Virus record (IMG/VR): IMGVR_UViG_3300012890_000001
Coordinates: 2,278-66,277 of that record
Direction: 5' to 3' (one strand)
DNA: 64,000 nucleotides
Origin: a virus
Taxonomy: Duplodnaviria > Caudoviricetes
Of this stretch, positions 30,007 through 38,828 are shown piece after piece. Position 1 is the first letter of the stretch. Each line of letters opens with the position of its first letter. Below the pieces are notes generated by a model. It did no database searches. It saw only the letters and a list, made by a program, of their open reading frames with translations, and was not told the origin of the DNA. Made by a program: the position numbers and the translations under genes.

Positions 30007-30086
30007 CGTCTCGATTCACTGAATCCGCCGTCGCCTCCGGTACGCCTCAGCACCTGCCGCAGCTGGGGCCGGGCGACGGGCCGCAG

Positions 30087-30365
30087 TCACTGGTCTAGCC
30101 TTTTGATGACATACATCTGCTCCCACCCTTCGCCCAAGAAGGCCGTGAGCATGGTTTGCCCAGCTTGTCGGCCAACTTGCATGTCTCTGAGCCGCGCCAC
30201 TGCGACCTCGTACTCAATAGGGTCAAGGGGTACGGGCGGCTGGAAGCTGAGGTTGATTGTCATCGAGAGGTGCACTTGACCATCCGGGCTGAGCTTGCTT
30301 GTGATTTCGCCGGACGTAACGGTTTGGACTTTTCCTCTGCTCTCACCTTCCCCCGCCCCGCTCAT
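30087..30365 (-). CDS. Hypothetical protein
   Basis: Part of ATGA-coupled leftward operon. Confidence 0.55.
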   Translation of the reverse strand: MSGAGEGESRGKVQTVTSGEITSKLSPDGQVHLSMTINLSFQPPVPLDPIEYEVAVARLRDMQVGRQAGQTMLTAFLGEGWEQMYVIKRLDQ

Positions 30366-30862
30366 GACCCGGCCTCCCGCTCGGCCTCGGCCAGGGCAGC
30401 GCGGAGAGCCACAGTATCCAGGGCGTGCAGCCGTTCAACGGCAGGGTTGTACCGCTGAACGTCGATCTTACCGAACTCAAATACGCCTGTTGGATCCTGA
30501 GCGCAGGTATCCAGCGCGGCCTGCCATTCCCTATGGGCCTCTGCCACTTCCAGCGCAAGTTGAGCGGCTTCTCTCAGCGTCTCCGCCGGGGCGCTCGGGG
30601 CCGGGGCGGGTGCCAGCGCGAGGAGACGGAGGAGAGGCTGAAGCCGTTCAAGTGTGGCGAACGACCAGAAGGCTTGTTCTGCGTTCGCGCTTTCAATGTA
30701 GCCTTCCGCGAAGTCAGTTTTGCTGGCGTGCCAGTAGTCTGTCTGCAGGGCATAACCTGCGCGCCTGTACTTGCTTTGCGCCTGCAGGAGTGTAATGAGC
30801 AGCTGCACGACTTCCAGTGCCTCAGCCGAGGCCTGCGCGGCGGGGCGCTCCGGGGCGGTCAT
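30362..30862 (-). CDS. Hypothetical protein
   Basis: GAGG RBS, ATGA overlap at 30862. Confidence 0.6.
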   Translation of the reverse strand: MTAPERPAAQASAEALEVVQLLITLLQAQSKYRRAGYALQTDYWHASKTDFAEGYIESANAEQAFWSFATLERLQPLLRLLALAPAPAPSAPAETLREAAQLALEVAEAHREWQAALDTCAQDPTGVFEFGKIDVQRYNPAVERLHALDTVALRAALAEAEREAGS

Positions 30863-31197
30863 CGGGAGACCTCGGAGGTCCAACTCGGGGTGCCAGGGAT
30901 GTTCTGGAATCCAATTGCCCATCGATCAGGGAACTGCTTCCCGCCCCCCTTACGCTGCCGCCCAATCTCTATCTGGTGCTCACCGATGAGCGGCAGCCGG
31001 TTCACTTCCCGGTCAAGCCCGCCACGGGTCCGGACGGTCAGAAAGTTCCCGGAGCCCATTGAGCGTACGCCAAGCCACGGGTTGTTCAGAAAGTGCCGCT
31101 TCTCCCAGGGGACAGCGTCATTCGGCACCCATCGCCCATTGACATGCCGATGGCTACTGCTGCTGACAACGATTCGGTGCAACCGGTGCTTATACAT
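30859..31197 (-). CDS. Hypothetical basic protein
   Basis: Coupled ORF, GGAGG upstream. Confidence 0.5.
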   Translation of the reverse strand: MYKHRLHRIVVSSSSHRHVNGRWVPNDAVPWEKRHFLNNPWLGVRSMGSGNFLTVRTRGGLDREVNRLPLIGEHQIEIGRQRKGGGKQFPDRWAIGFQNIPGTPSWTSEVSR

Positions 31198-31414
31198 CCT
31201 GCCCTCCCTCTTCCCCCGCATTCCAAGGCCATTGGGCCGTGATGACCATCTCGTTCGGGTCAAGCATCATGTTGCTGACAGGGTCACAGATACCCATGAT
31301 TTGCCCCGTCACGGCTTCCCAAGAAACGATCTCGTAGGCACAGGGGCGCGGCTTTCCCCTCTTCATTGCGTCCCACGCGGCCGCCATGAATGGCATGTAT
31401 CCCAAGTAGCTCAT
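31190..31414 (-). CDS. Hypothetical protein
   Basis: Coupled ORF. Confidence 0.45.
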   Translation of the reverse strand: MSYLGYMPFMAAAWDAMKRGKPRPCAYEIVSWEAVTGQIMGICDPVSNMMLDPNEMVITAQWPWNAGEEGGQDV

Positions 31415-32049
31415 TCCGATCCCTCCTCTGGCCATTTGCACACAGAGGGCATGACACCCGTACCATACTTGTCAAATTCAATTGCGCGGCGGCACGATAC
31501 TTTCTTATATATAATTCCTAACGTCTCACACCCGTAACGCCTAGCAGTCTTATTTTCTGTATGAAAAACGATGATACGGTTTTCCTTATTATCAATTTCC
31601 GAAACAATGTATGCTTTGAGTCGAGAAGTGTAGGTAATTCTCTCTGAAAACCTACAGATGATGCATGCTCTTCTGCCCCGCTTATCTATGCGCAGGTTCT
31701 CACCAATCAGAGCATGCCCCCGTATGCAGTGCGTCTTGCGGGCATTAATAGCGGTCCCGCTCTGCCCACGCATTACATTCTCAACATTAGTCACTGGTTC
31801 GAGATGATTAGGATTGACACAACCCCGGTTCCTGCACAAGTGGTCAATTACCATGCCTTCCGGAATCTTGCCATTCGCAAGTTCATAAGCAAATCTGTGG
31901 GCTGGGTAGCTACGCCTATGGGAGATATAAAAGCTGCCATAGCCTTTGGCAGTGCCAGCCTTCCACTGCCAGCACTCATCCGGGCCACCCTTGTTGACTT
32001 TGCCCCAAAACCGCTCCAGGATTTGCGGAGAAAAAACAGCGTCCACCAT
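31411..32049 (-). CDS. HNH homing endonuclease
   Basis: RFWGKV..CWQW, AHRFAY, IDHLCRNRGCVNPNHL, KTHCIRGH; low GC; start at ATG 32049 after GAGAGG. Confidence 0.9.
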   Translation of the reverse strand: MVDAVFSPQILERFWGKVNKGGPDECWQWKAGTAKGYGSFYISHRRSYPAHRFAYELANGKIPEGMVIDHLCRNRGCVNPNHLEPVTNVENVMRGQSGTAINARKTHCIRGHALIGENLRIDKRGRRACIICRFSERITYTSRLKAYIVSEIDNKENRIIVFHTENKTARRYGCETLGIIYKKVSCRRAIEFDKYGTGVMPSVCKWPEEGSE

Positions 32050-32180
32050 AGAGACCTCTCTTGGTGGACTGGTATTGAAATTGGCGACGTTGGGCAAGTC
32101 GTGTAGACTCACCTCGGACTCCATACCAGTCCCACGTTCGGGGGTGTTAGCGCACCGCTCGAACACTGTTATTTTAGCAC
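32041..32180 (-). promoter_or_regulatory. Promoter and structured leader of HNH gene
   Basis: TGCTAAAAT extended -10, GGTG-CGCTAA-CACC hairpin, SD/ATG-burying hairpin; aligns with 60033-60162. Confidence 0.7.
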
Positions 32181-32195
32181 TGGGAGCGGGAAAAG

Positions 32196-32750
32196 TCATG
32201 ATTCACCACCACTCGCTCCGGCGTCCGGCCCCGCAGCCAAGGCGGCAAGCAGGTGCTGTGCCTCATACGGATTGACCCAGAGCGCGTCGTCTCCTTCCAC
32301 AGAGTGAGCAGTTCTGGCGGCCAGCACAGCCATGACCCCCGCGTGTTCGTCTGTCTCTCGCAACTCTCGCCCGGCACGAATGGCCCTGAGATGATCGTTT
32401 TGCAGGGTTGTCACCCGTTCCCTGAGCCGCTCCACTTCCTTCTCCAACGCCTCCGCGCGGGCTTCGGCGGCGAGGCGTGCGGACTCAGCTGCACGAAGGG
32501 CCAGGGCTGCAGCTCTCAACCGACCACGGGCGAACGGAACGACCAACCCGAAGGCAGAAATCCCCATCAGGTCGTCTGCAAGATTGCGGTCCTGGGCGTT
32601 GATACCGTCGAGGTAATCCGGATCGGTGTGATCTGTGTTTTTGACATCGCCTCGCAGCAAGCGCAGTTCTCTCAGCAGGCGCTGGTTCACTATCCCGGCA
32701 AGAACCTGTCCGCCTTCCCGCTCATGCGTCAGCTCGGGCTGGGCGGTCAT
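32196..32750 (-). CDS. Hypothetical coiled-coil protein
   Basis: Coupled ORF. Confidence 0.6.
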   Translation of the reverse strand: MTAQPELTHEREGGQVLAGIVNQRLLRELRLLRGDVKNTDHTDPDYLDGINAQDRNLADDLMGISAFGLVVPFARGRLRAAALALRAAESARLAAEARAEALEKEVERLRERVTTLQNDHLRAIRAGRELRETDEHAGVMAVLAARTAHSVEGDDALWVNPYEAQHLLAALAAGPDAGASGGES

Positions 32751-33205
32751 GGCTGCACCACCGGGGGGAGGGAGACGAGTGCAAGGTCGCTGCGCCAGAA
32801 TGCCCAGGCGCAGGCTTTATCTGGCTGCCAGACGGCGTACATCCCACTGCCCGTCAGCCGCTCCACCTCGCAGATCTGACCGATCATGGCCTGGATTGGC
32901 GGGACAGCATGGGCAGCGGCACTTGAGAGGACACGCACCAAACTGCCAGCTGGGAGTTCACCGTGCTCGGGCGCCTCCCCGCGAAGTTCTCTCAGCTCCC
33001 CTTCAGCCCGCTCCAGCCGCGTCCGTAGCTCGGCGTTGGCGGCGGCCTGAGCACGGAGATCGGATGGCGAGAACTTGAAGAGTTGGTCAAGCAACTGGTT
33101 CGCCTCAGCAGAGTCATCAGAGGGGTTCGCCTCGAACTCGCGCTGCATTTCAATAATCCTCGCCAGCAGCTTGAGCGGCTGCTCCTGCGCCTCGCCCCGG
33201 CTCAC
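32747..33205 (-). CDS. Hypothetical protein with SH3-like C-terminus
   Basis: GTGA overlap at 33205; GSLVRVL...MIGQICEV...VW resembles domain 1 of 51955-52917. Confidence 0.6.
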   Translation of the reverse strand: MSRGEAQEQPLKLLARIIEMQREFEANPSDDSAEANQLLDQLFKFSPSDLRAQAAANAELRTRLERAEGELRELRGEAPEHGELPAGSLVRVLSSAAAHAVPPIQAMIGQICEVERLTGSGMYAVWQPDKACAWAFWRSDLALVSLPPVVQP

Positions 33206-33453
33206 GCGGGCTTCCTCTTGAGCAGCGAGAGGCGAGGCACGACGATCACGCGCTCCATGTTCGTTCCGGGCCTCCGCACGGCCAGCTGTGAGAACCCCTG
33301 CCCGGCCAGCTCGGAGAGAATCTGCGTGATCTGTAGGCTCTCCCGCACACACTCGGCCATGCTGCTGTACTGGCCTTCCTCGGTCATTTCTTCCAGCGTC
33401 TTGAAGCTGCGCTCATCGAAGGTGAAGGCCACTCGTTTCGTCTTCAGTCCCAT
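33202..33453 (-). CDS. Ribbon-helix-helix DNA-binding protein
   Basis: KRVAFTFDE....LEEM......SMAECVRESL. Confidence 0.75.
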   Translation of the reverse strand: MGLKTKRVAFTFDERSFKTLEEMTEEGQYSSMAECVRESLQITQILSELAGQGFSQLAVRRPGTNMERVIVVPRLSLLKRKPA

Positions 33454-33527
33454 CTCGTCGTCTCCTCTCTGCTGCGCTGGGCCTCGGCGTGGGCCGGAGT
33501 CGGGTGGGGGTTACTGGGCGGGGTCAA

Positions 33528-33734
33528 TTAATCTTTAGAACGGCCTTCCAGAAATGCGCTGTCAAAATGCGAGCAGCCTTCAGTGCAACAAAGACCGAAG
33601 GCCCAAACCCAGCGGCCCTCTCGAAAGCGGGAAGCCGAAGCTGTGTGTCTATGGCAGCCAACGCAGTAATCAAACTCCGAGCTTCCAAACCACATGGGGA
33701 TGCCAAGAGGGTGCGGGGCTTTCCAGCGAATCAC
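33528..33734 (-). CDS. Small Cys-rich protein
   Basis: CVGC and CCTEGC; GTGA overlap with upstream gene. Confidence 0.45.
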   Translation of the reverse strand: MIRWKAPHPLGIPMWFGSSEFDYCVGCHRHTASASRFREGRWVWAFGLCCTEGCSHFDSAFLEGRSKD

Positions 33735-33928
33735 GCGAGCCGCCACACGACCGCCCCGTGCTCTTTTCCGTCGGCAACGATCTTCCCGTCGGCCTTGAGC
33801 CGCATGACCTGCCGATAGGCCTTGTCATACCCGTTGGCAACCTGCAAGCGATAGCCCAGAGAGGCAGTGGTGGCCGGGCTCTCTGCTAGCCGGGCCAGGA
33901 TGACCGCGCGGATAGCCTCTGGAGTCAT
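33731..33928 (-). CDS. Small winged-helix-like protein
   Basis: IL.RL...PATT..L...L........V.RLK.DGKI.......WRL. Confidence 0.6.
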   Translation of the reverse strand: MTPEAIRAVILARLAESPATTASLGYRLQVANGYDKAYRQVMRLKADGKIVADGKEHGAVVWRLA

Positions 33929-34392
33929 GCCACCAGCCCGTAGACGACGCTCGGCAGGGTGGCACGACCCATCTGAGCGCAGGCGTAAGACCAGACCTGC
34001 GCAGCATCCGCAGCACTCAGGCCTGCGAGGGAGGCGACGGGGCGGCCCAGCACTTCGGTTGCCAGCTGGTAATGCGCCCCGTTGCGGGTGTAGCCGAGGC
34101 GGAAGAGGTCTTTGTGCAGACGGGAGGCAACGGCCTTCCCGATCACGGCCGCTTCCAGCTCACTGCGCTCGGTCTCGGTCAGGGTGCCCTGCGAGCGCGC
34201 CAGCATCAGCAGGTCACGCGCGTCATCCAGCTCGACGGCCAGCCCGCCGATGAGGGCGGTGTAGCTGTCGGTGGTCTTAGTCAGGTGGATGGTGAACGTC
34301 TTGACCTCCCGAATCGTGCCGCAGTCGTTAAACAGGACTTCGGCCTTGAAGGTGCGGGTGCTGCCGGGGCGGGGGGTGGTAAAGTGGGTCAT
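33925..34392 (-). CDS. Hypothetical protein
   Basis: AGGAGG RBS; first gene of leftward operon. Confidence 0.7.
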   Translation of the reverse strand: MTHFTTPRPGSTRTFKAEVLFNDCGTIREVKTFTIHLTKTTDSYTALIGGLAVELDDARDLLMLARSQGTLTETERSELEAAVIGKAVASRLHKDLFRLGYTRNGAHYQLATEVLGRPVASLAGLSAADAAQVWSYACAQMGRATLPSVVYGLVA

Positions 34393-34455
34393 GGCTTCCT
34401 CCTAGGGGGCTTAGAGCGTGGATTTCCTGGCCGGGAGACACGCTCTTTTTGCTGT

Positions 34456-34523
34456 CCTAAGTGTAGCAGGGTGTATCACTTATATCAAGGTGCAGCACCT
34501 TGCTACGTTATGCTACACTAGGG
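34456..34523. promoter_or_regulatory. Divergent promoter region with repeated GTGTAGCA-like boxes
   Basis: GTGTAGCA, GTGTATCA, GTGCAGCA and inverted TGCTACAC; palindrome CAAGGTGC-A-GCACCTTG at 34486-34502. Confidence 0.6.
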
Positions 34524-34547
34524 GCGGAGGTGATACGTTTGATCGTT

Positions 34548-34742
34548 ATGCCAAGCTCAAAAAAGCTCGCCAGCCTACGCCTCGATGAATCCGTCCTAGA
34601 CGACATAGACGACGTGATGACACGGTTCTATCGCCAAATGGGAGGCATTGCGCCTAGCCGTAACGTGCAGATGGAGGCGTGGATTCTGGAGGGCTTAGAA
34701 AGGATGAAAGACAAAACGCAAGCACCGAAAGGGCAGGAATGA
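34548..34742 (+). CDS. Ribbon-helix-helix regulator
   Basis: KKLASLRLDESVLDDID...SRN..ME.WI; alternative TTG at 34539. Confidence 0.7.
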   Translation: MPSSKKLASLRLDESVLDDIDDVMTRFYRQMGGIAPSRNVQMEAWILEGLERMKDKTQAPKGQE

Positions 34743-35254
34743 CAACGAGTCCACTTCATATCGTCCCATTCAGCAAAATCAAGCCGGGGTGGAGTGAGTT
34801 CCTCGGACTCGGCGGCATCTATGGAATACGGCATACAGAGAGTCACAGCGTCTACGTAGGAATGACAAACTCCCTCAGCGCACGCCTACTTGGGCACGTT
34901 GGCTCAATGCTCAAGGGAAAGCACCATAATCTTCCGCTGGCCGCCGCAGTAAAGAAATATGGGACCGGTGCTTTTCATTTTGAGATACTGGAGATTGTAG
35001 ACAGTTCAATATCTAGATTTGAAATGCACAGGAAAGAGTGTGAATGGGTGGCAAGCGAGCTAGGCCGTAATCATGTCTACAACGGCATAAACGATCTTCC
35101 AGCTAACAAAATAGCTTGGGATGCGTCCTTAGATGTTAGATTTCCAGACGCTGACACATTTCAGAGATTTGCCAGTCTGAGCGCAATTGAGCGAGGCAAA
35201 TTGATTGCTGCCGCTCTCCCGGTGGCCCCCGCGAGTGCCGAGGCGGAAGCATGA
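34739..35254 (+). CDS. GIY-YIG endonuclease
   Basis: GIYGIRH....VYVGMT.....R...H...L..G.HHN..L....KYG...F.FEILE...E...YN; low GC. Confidence 0.85.
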   Translation: MTTSPLHIVPFSKIKPGWSEFLGLGGIYGIRHTESHSVYVGMTNSLSARLLGHVGSMLKGKHHNLPLAAAVKKYGTGAFHFEILEIVDSSISRFEMHRKECEWVASELGRNHVYNGINDLPANKIAWDASLDVRFPDADTFQRFASLSAIERGKLIAAALPVAPASAEAEA

Positions 35255-35790
35255 GCGGCACGGCGAAGATCAGGGGCCTAACACTACGCCACCCTTGGGC
35301 ATGGGCAATAGACCGCCTCGGCAAGCGCGTAGAGAACCGCTCTTGGCATCCCTCCAAGGCGGGCCTTGCCGTCGGTGATCACCTCGCCATTCACGGCGGG
35401 CGGTTCGACGGCTCACGCGCCTACAAGCGCGAGATTGACGAGGCGCTGCACTGGATTGCTGACGGCCCGTTCTGTCATGACCACGCGCCGCGCGAGGCGA
35501 TAGCGATACTGGCAGGGGCAGAGTGGGGCAGTGATGCGTTCTATCAGGCAGTGACGCCGCAGGGCATCGTGGGCGTGGGTCAGCTCAGCAGCGTCATCAA
35601 CCCCGGCAGCATCACCGATGATCTCTGGTACATGGGCGAGTACGGGTGGCAACTCGGTCGGTATGTCTCCATGCAACCTGTCGTGCCCCACAAGGGTGCT
35701 CAGGGGTGTTGGAATCTTGAGCCTGAGGCACTGAGCGAGGTCCGGGTCCGTTATCGGAAGGCCCTGTTGAGTCAGAAGGAAGCAGCATGA
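35251..35790 (+). CDS. ASCH domain protein
   Basis: LTLRHPWAWAI...GKRVENRSW, LAIH, GIVG, KGAQG.W. Confidence 0.85.
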   Translation: MSGTAKIRGLTLRHPWAWAIDRLGKRVENRSWHPSKAGLAVGDHLAIHGGRFDGSRAYKREIDEALHWIADGPFCHDHAPREAIAILAGAEWGSDAFYQAVTPQGIVGVGQLSSVINPGSITDDLWYMGEYGWQLGRYVSMQPVVPHKGAQGCWNLEPEALSEVRVRYRKALLSQKEAA

Positions 35791-36020
35791 GCTACGCCGA
35801 TTTGAGGCAGGCGGCAAACCGGGAGCTGGTCAAGATTCTCTCCGAGTTGGTCGAGTCCCACCCTGACCTGCGCTTCGGCCAGTTGCTCATGACGCAGGGC
35901 TTTCTGGAGAGCTACACCACAGGCAACCAGTTCGACTCCGACACGCACATCCAAGACCCGTTCAACGAGGAGCCCATGACCACGCTCAAGCGAGTGGAGG
36001 AAAAGGTGACGCGCCCATGA
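35787..36020 (+). CDS. Hypothetical protein
   Basis: HPDLRFGQL motif; coupled ORF. Confidence 0.65.
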   Translation: MSYADLRQAANRELVKILSELVESHPDLRFGQLLMTQGFLESYTTGNQFDSDTHIQDPFNEEPMTTLKRVEEKVTRP

Positions 36021-36295
36021 GCCTCCGTATCAGCCGTATCCCCGAACAGACCTACGTGCTGCTCCAGAACACCGAGACGGGCGAGTTGCACGCCGGGCAC
36101 AACCACGGCTACTGCGGCCTCTCTCTGGTGGACGTGACGTTAGAGCAGGTGGCCGCCGCCGCTGATCTGGTCGCACTGGTCAGCATGGGCGGGCAGCAAT
36201 ATGACGGCGGGTGTCTGGAGGCGTATCAGGAGCCAGCGTACCGACGGGTCGAACTGAGTGAGTTCAAGTGCCGAGAGGCTAGGGAGAGCGCATGA
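36017..36295 (+). CDS. Hypothetical protein
   Basis: ATGA-coupled ORF. Confidence 0.6.
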   Translation: MSLRISRIPEQTYVLLQNTETGELHAGHNHGYCGLSLVDVTLEQVAAAADLVALVSMGGQQYDGGCLEAYQEPAYRRVELSEFKCREARESA

Positions 36296-36675
36296 GCCGA
36301 CTTCCAATCCATGATTTCAGAATCAGGGAAAACTACGACCCTTGGGTATCCGGATACTCCACACTGCTGATTCCAGCGGGGCCCACCTACACCCTCACGG
36401 CCTCCTGCACGCTTACCCGGCCCTACGATCAAGAGCCTCTGCCCGCCCCTTTCGTAAGGGATGAATCCGGGATTGAGTGGGAGACGGAAATCAGCCCGGG
36501 CGAGATCAATTTCTGGCAACACCCCACCGCACCCGTCAAAGGCTGGGAGGAAAAGATGCACATTCATCTCCGAGCGCGCTGCTCGAACAGCCAAGCACAA
36601 CAGGCATACAGGAACCTGAAGCGCGGCTGGCTTGATCTGACATCCGCCCTCTCCCCCACTGAGGCCGGAGCATGA
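36292..36675 (+). CDS. Hypothetical protein
   Basis: ATGA-coupled ORF. Confidence 0.6.
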   Translation: MSRLPIHDFRIRENYDPWVSGYSTLLIPAGPTYTLTASCTLTRPYDQEPLPAPFVRDESGIEWETEISPGEINFWQHPTAPVKGWEEKMHIHLRARCSNSQAQQAYRNLKRGWLDLTSALSPTEAGA

Positions 36676-36824
36676 GCAGCGAGGCTCAGAACCGGGCAGC
36701 GGTCAAGAAGGCCATGAAAGCCGGAGCCAAGACCACGCAGGAGATCAAGCGAGCCACCGGACTACAGGGCCTCGCAGTCGTCACCGCCATGATTCAGCTG
36801 GCGAAGAAGAAAGTGGGAGCGTGA
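36672..36824 (+). CDS. 50-aa basic HTH-like protein (not in ORF track)
   Basis: MSSEAQNRAAVKKAMKAGAKTTQEIKRATGLQGLAVVTAMIQLAKKKVGA; GGAG RBS; overlaps both neighbours. Confidence 0.6.
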   Translation: MSSEAQNRAAVKKAMKAGAKTTQEIKRATGLQGLAVVTAMIQLAKKKVGA

Positions 36825-37087
36825 CCCAAGTGTTAAAGATTCCCCCCGAGGCAACCAACAGCTTTAAAGACTTCATGGCAAAACCGGTCGGAGAGGTTCT
36901 GACCACATATGTCCCGGGCGGTGGCTACTCAGCCTGGGGCGGCGCATTGATCGAGGCCTCGATTCTGAAAACTGACACAGAGCTTTCGCTGAATGGGCAA
37001 GTGCGCCGAGTACGCGTAGAAGCAGAGGACACCCTAATAGATCAGTCGGTCGCCATCTACCGCATCCGTCTGATTCTCTCCCACTAG
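36821..37087 (+). CDS. Hypothetical protein
   Basis: GTGA-coupled; followed by hairpin and T-tract. Confidence 0.55.
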   Translation: MTQVLKIPPEATNSFKDFMAKPVGEVLTTYVPGGGYSAWGGALIEASILKTDTELSLNGQVRRVRVEAEDTLIDQSVAIYRIRLILSH

Positions 37088-37222
37088 CCCTCTCCTCTCC
37101 CCCGCCCTGGCCCACGCTGGGGCGTCTTCTTTTGGATTCCGAAAGAGCCTATACTTAGAGCCTCTAGGCACAACTGATAAAGCGTCAACCTCCTTGATCG
37201 GTCTCCGACCTCGGGGGGCTTT

Positions 37223-37441
37223 TCAGTTCTTGCCGCCCAGCCACGCCTGCATGGCGCTCCAGCCCCCGCTGCCGTACGCGTCTGCCCCTTCCCCACCTCG
37301 GAGCCTGCGCCACTGCCAGACGCCGTTCTCAACCGTCATGGTCACGCCTTCCCCGTCGCTGCGGTGCGCGTGGTAGAGCTGACGCTCCTGCGCCTCGGTT
37401 GGGATGTTCGGGAGGCGGCGGCCTGGGAGGAAGTCGGTCAT
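37223..37441 (-). CDS. Small leaderless hypothetical protein
   Basis: TAGCCT 6 nt upstream of ATG on minus strand. Confidence 0.6.
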   Translation of the reverse strand: MTDFLPGRRLPNIPTEAQERQLYHAHRSDGEGVTMTVENGVWQWRRLRGGEGADAYGSGGWSAMQAWLGGKN

Positions 37442-37456
37442 GGGAACAGGCTAGAG

Positions 37457-37495
37457 CAAAGAGAAGCCCCAGCGGGACTGTCATCCGCTGGGGCT
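37457..37495 (-). terminator. Terminator downstream of par operon
   Basis: AGCCCCAGCGG/CCGCTGGGGCT stem followed by TCTCTTTG on minus strand. Confidence 0.65.
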
Positions 37496-37637
37496 CTGGC
37501 CGGGTCAACCCAAGACAGTGTGGCTGAGGGCTGCTCTATGGGGGAAGGGCCTGACAGAACTTCCCGGGTGAATCCTACGACCCGAACGGGCGGGGCTCAG
37601 ATTCATCAACAGCTTACCACCTCAACGCCTCATTTAC

Positions 37638-37958
37638 TTATTTACGCCGCCGCTTAGGTAAGCGCTCACTCACCCGCTCAGCTAAGTCACTGCTCACCTG
37701 CAACTCGGCCATGAGCGCCCTCATCACGTCCACCTTGCTCACTTTCCGGCGCATGGCGTACAGCGTTAGGAACTCAAACTGGGCATCATCCAGATCGACA
37801 GACAGGCGCGTGGTCTGGGCCTCACTGGGCATCTCAGTAGGTATCGGCTGAGGCTCACTAGGGATACCCGCTGACGGCTCAAGCCTCTCCACCGGAGCAG
37901 GGGTGGAGGCGAGGCGGTGAAGCATGGTGCTGGGCTTGCTGGCCTTACCTGCCATCAC
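37638..37958 (-). CDS. ParG-like centromere-binding protein (type Ib partition)
   Basis: Flexible N-terminus plus RHH TRLSVDLD......L..YA....VSKVDVMRAL; coupled to parA. Confidence 0.75.
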   Translation of the reverse strand: MMAGKASKPSTMLHRLASTPAPVERLEPSAGIPSEPQPIPTEMPSEAQTTRLSVDLDDAQFEFLTLYAMRRKVSKVDVMRALMAELQVSSDLAERVSERLPKRRRK

Positions 37959-38548
37959 AGCTCTCCATACACGGCGTCGTACTCAGTGCCCGCATCCGGC
38001 ACGGTGCCGTAGCTGTTGCTGAACTGCTCACGCAGGGGAATCTCCGTATCCAACACCGGGTAGCTCAACTCCTCAAGGGTAGAACGGGCCAGCTTGGCGC
38101 TGTTTGTGCCTTTCCTGACCCGCGTGAGGAGCACCACGAACCCCACAGGGTTGATCGGCTCGACCTCCTGCAGCAGGGCCAGGGTGGACGAGAGGCGAGC
38201 GACCTCGACCGTAGCCGGGGAGAGCGGAATGATGGCCGTGTCCACTGCGAGCAGGGCAGAGCGCACGATGTCCGGGTAGCCAGGCGGCGTGTCCACAATG
38301 ATGTGATCATAGCCTTCCTGTTGAATCAGCCGCTTCTGCAGATCGCGCACCGGCAGGCTGATGACCGTGAAGGGCAGGCCTGCCCCCTCACCCTGCCATG
38401 CCTCCTCACTCCACCCGAGGGCCGAGCCTTGCGGGTCAGCGTCCACCAACAGTACGCGCGCCCCCGTGCGGCTCAGGCTGGCCGCCAAGTACATGCTGGT
38501 GGTCGTTTTGGATGCCCCACCCTTCAGATTGACAACGGCGATCTTCAT
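37955..38548 (-). CDS. parA: ParA family partition ATPase (short type Ib)
   Basis: NLKGGASKTT deviant Walker A, VLLVDADPQGS, IIVDTPP. Confidence 0.93.
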   Translation of the reverse strand: MKIAVVNLKGGASKTTTSMYLAASLSRTGARVLLVDADPQGSALGWSEEAWQGEGAGLPFTVISLPVRDLQKRLIQQEGYDHIIVDTPPGYPDIVRSALLAVDTAIIPLSPATVEVARLSSTLALLQEVEPINPVGFVVLLTRVRKGTNSAKLARSTLEELSYPVLDTEIPLREQFSNSYGTVPDAGTEYDAVYGEL

Positions 38549-38592
38549 GGGCAGCAGCTTAACCGATCAAATGGGCGGGTGAGCAACAGGGC

Positions 38593-38650
38593 AAATGAGG
38601 CGGTGAGCAGAAGCGTATTTACTTAAATGAGGTAAAGCGTATTTACTTAA
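38593..38650. repeat. Centromere-like direct repeats upstream of parA
   Basis: AAGCGTATTTACTTAA at 38611-38626 and 38635-38650; AAATGAGG twice; related CATTTACTTATTTACGC at the end of parG. Confidence 0.65.
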
Positions 38651-38759
38651 GGTAACAGTAGCGGGGGTCATCCGGAAGGGTGGCCTCAACTCGTTTCTGG
38701 TGTACTATCCAGAGTATGTGAGCTAATTCGTAGTCGGCAAAAGGGGACGTATCCGCCCC

Positions 38760-38828
38760 AAAAGAAAGAACCCAACCCGGCAAGGTTGGATTCCACTTTC
38801 AAGAGTTCGGTTTATCCTGCGTCTTCGC
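38760..38828 (-). ncRNA. Putative counter-transcribed antisense RNA in rep leader
   Basis: Minus-strand TTGCAA-18-TAACCT promoter (38864-38835) and terminator AATCCAACC-TTGCCG-GGTTGGGTT-CTTTCTTTT. Confidence 0.55.

Noticed and set aside
32050-32199. N-terminal extensions of HNH ORFs (also 40993-41160 and 60058-60156)
   Set aside because: These stretches contain promoters and structured leaders; SD-linked downstream starts fit better, although the upstream ATGs overlapping neighbouring stops at 32199 and about 41106 could allow longer forms.
37500-37615. Possible 33-codon ORF or sRNA on minus strand after parG (TAAGCT upstream)
   Set aside because: Product has no recognisable features and the region may simply be the par 3' UTR; evidence too weak.
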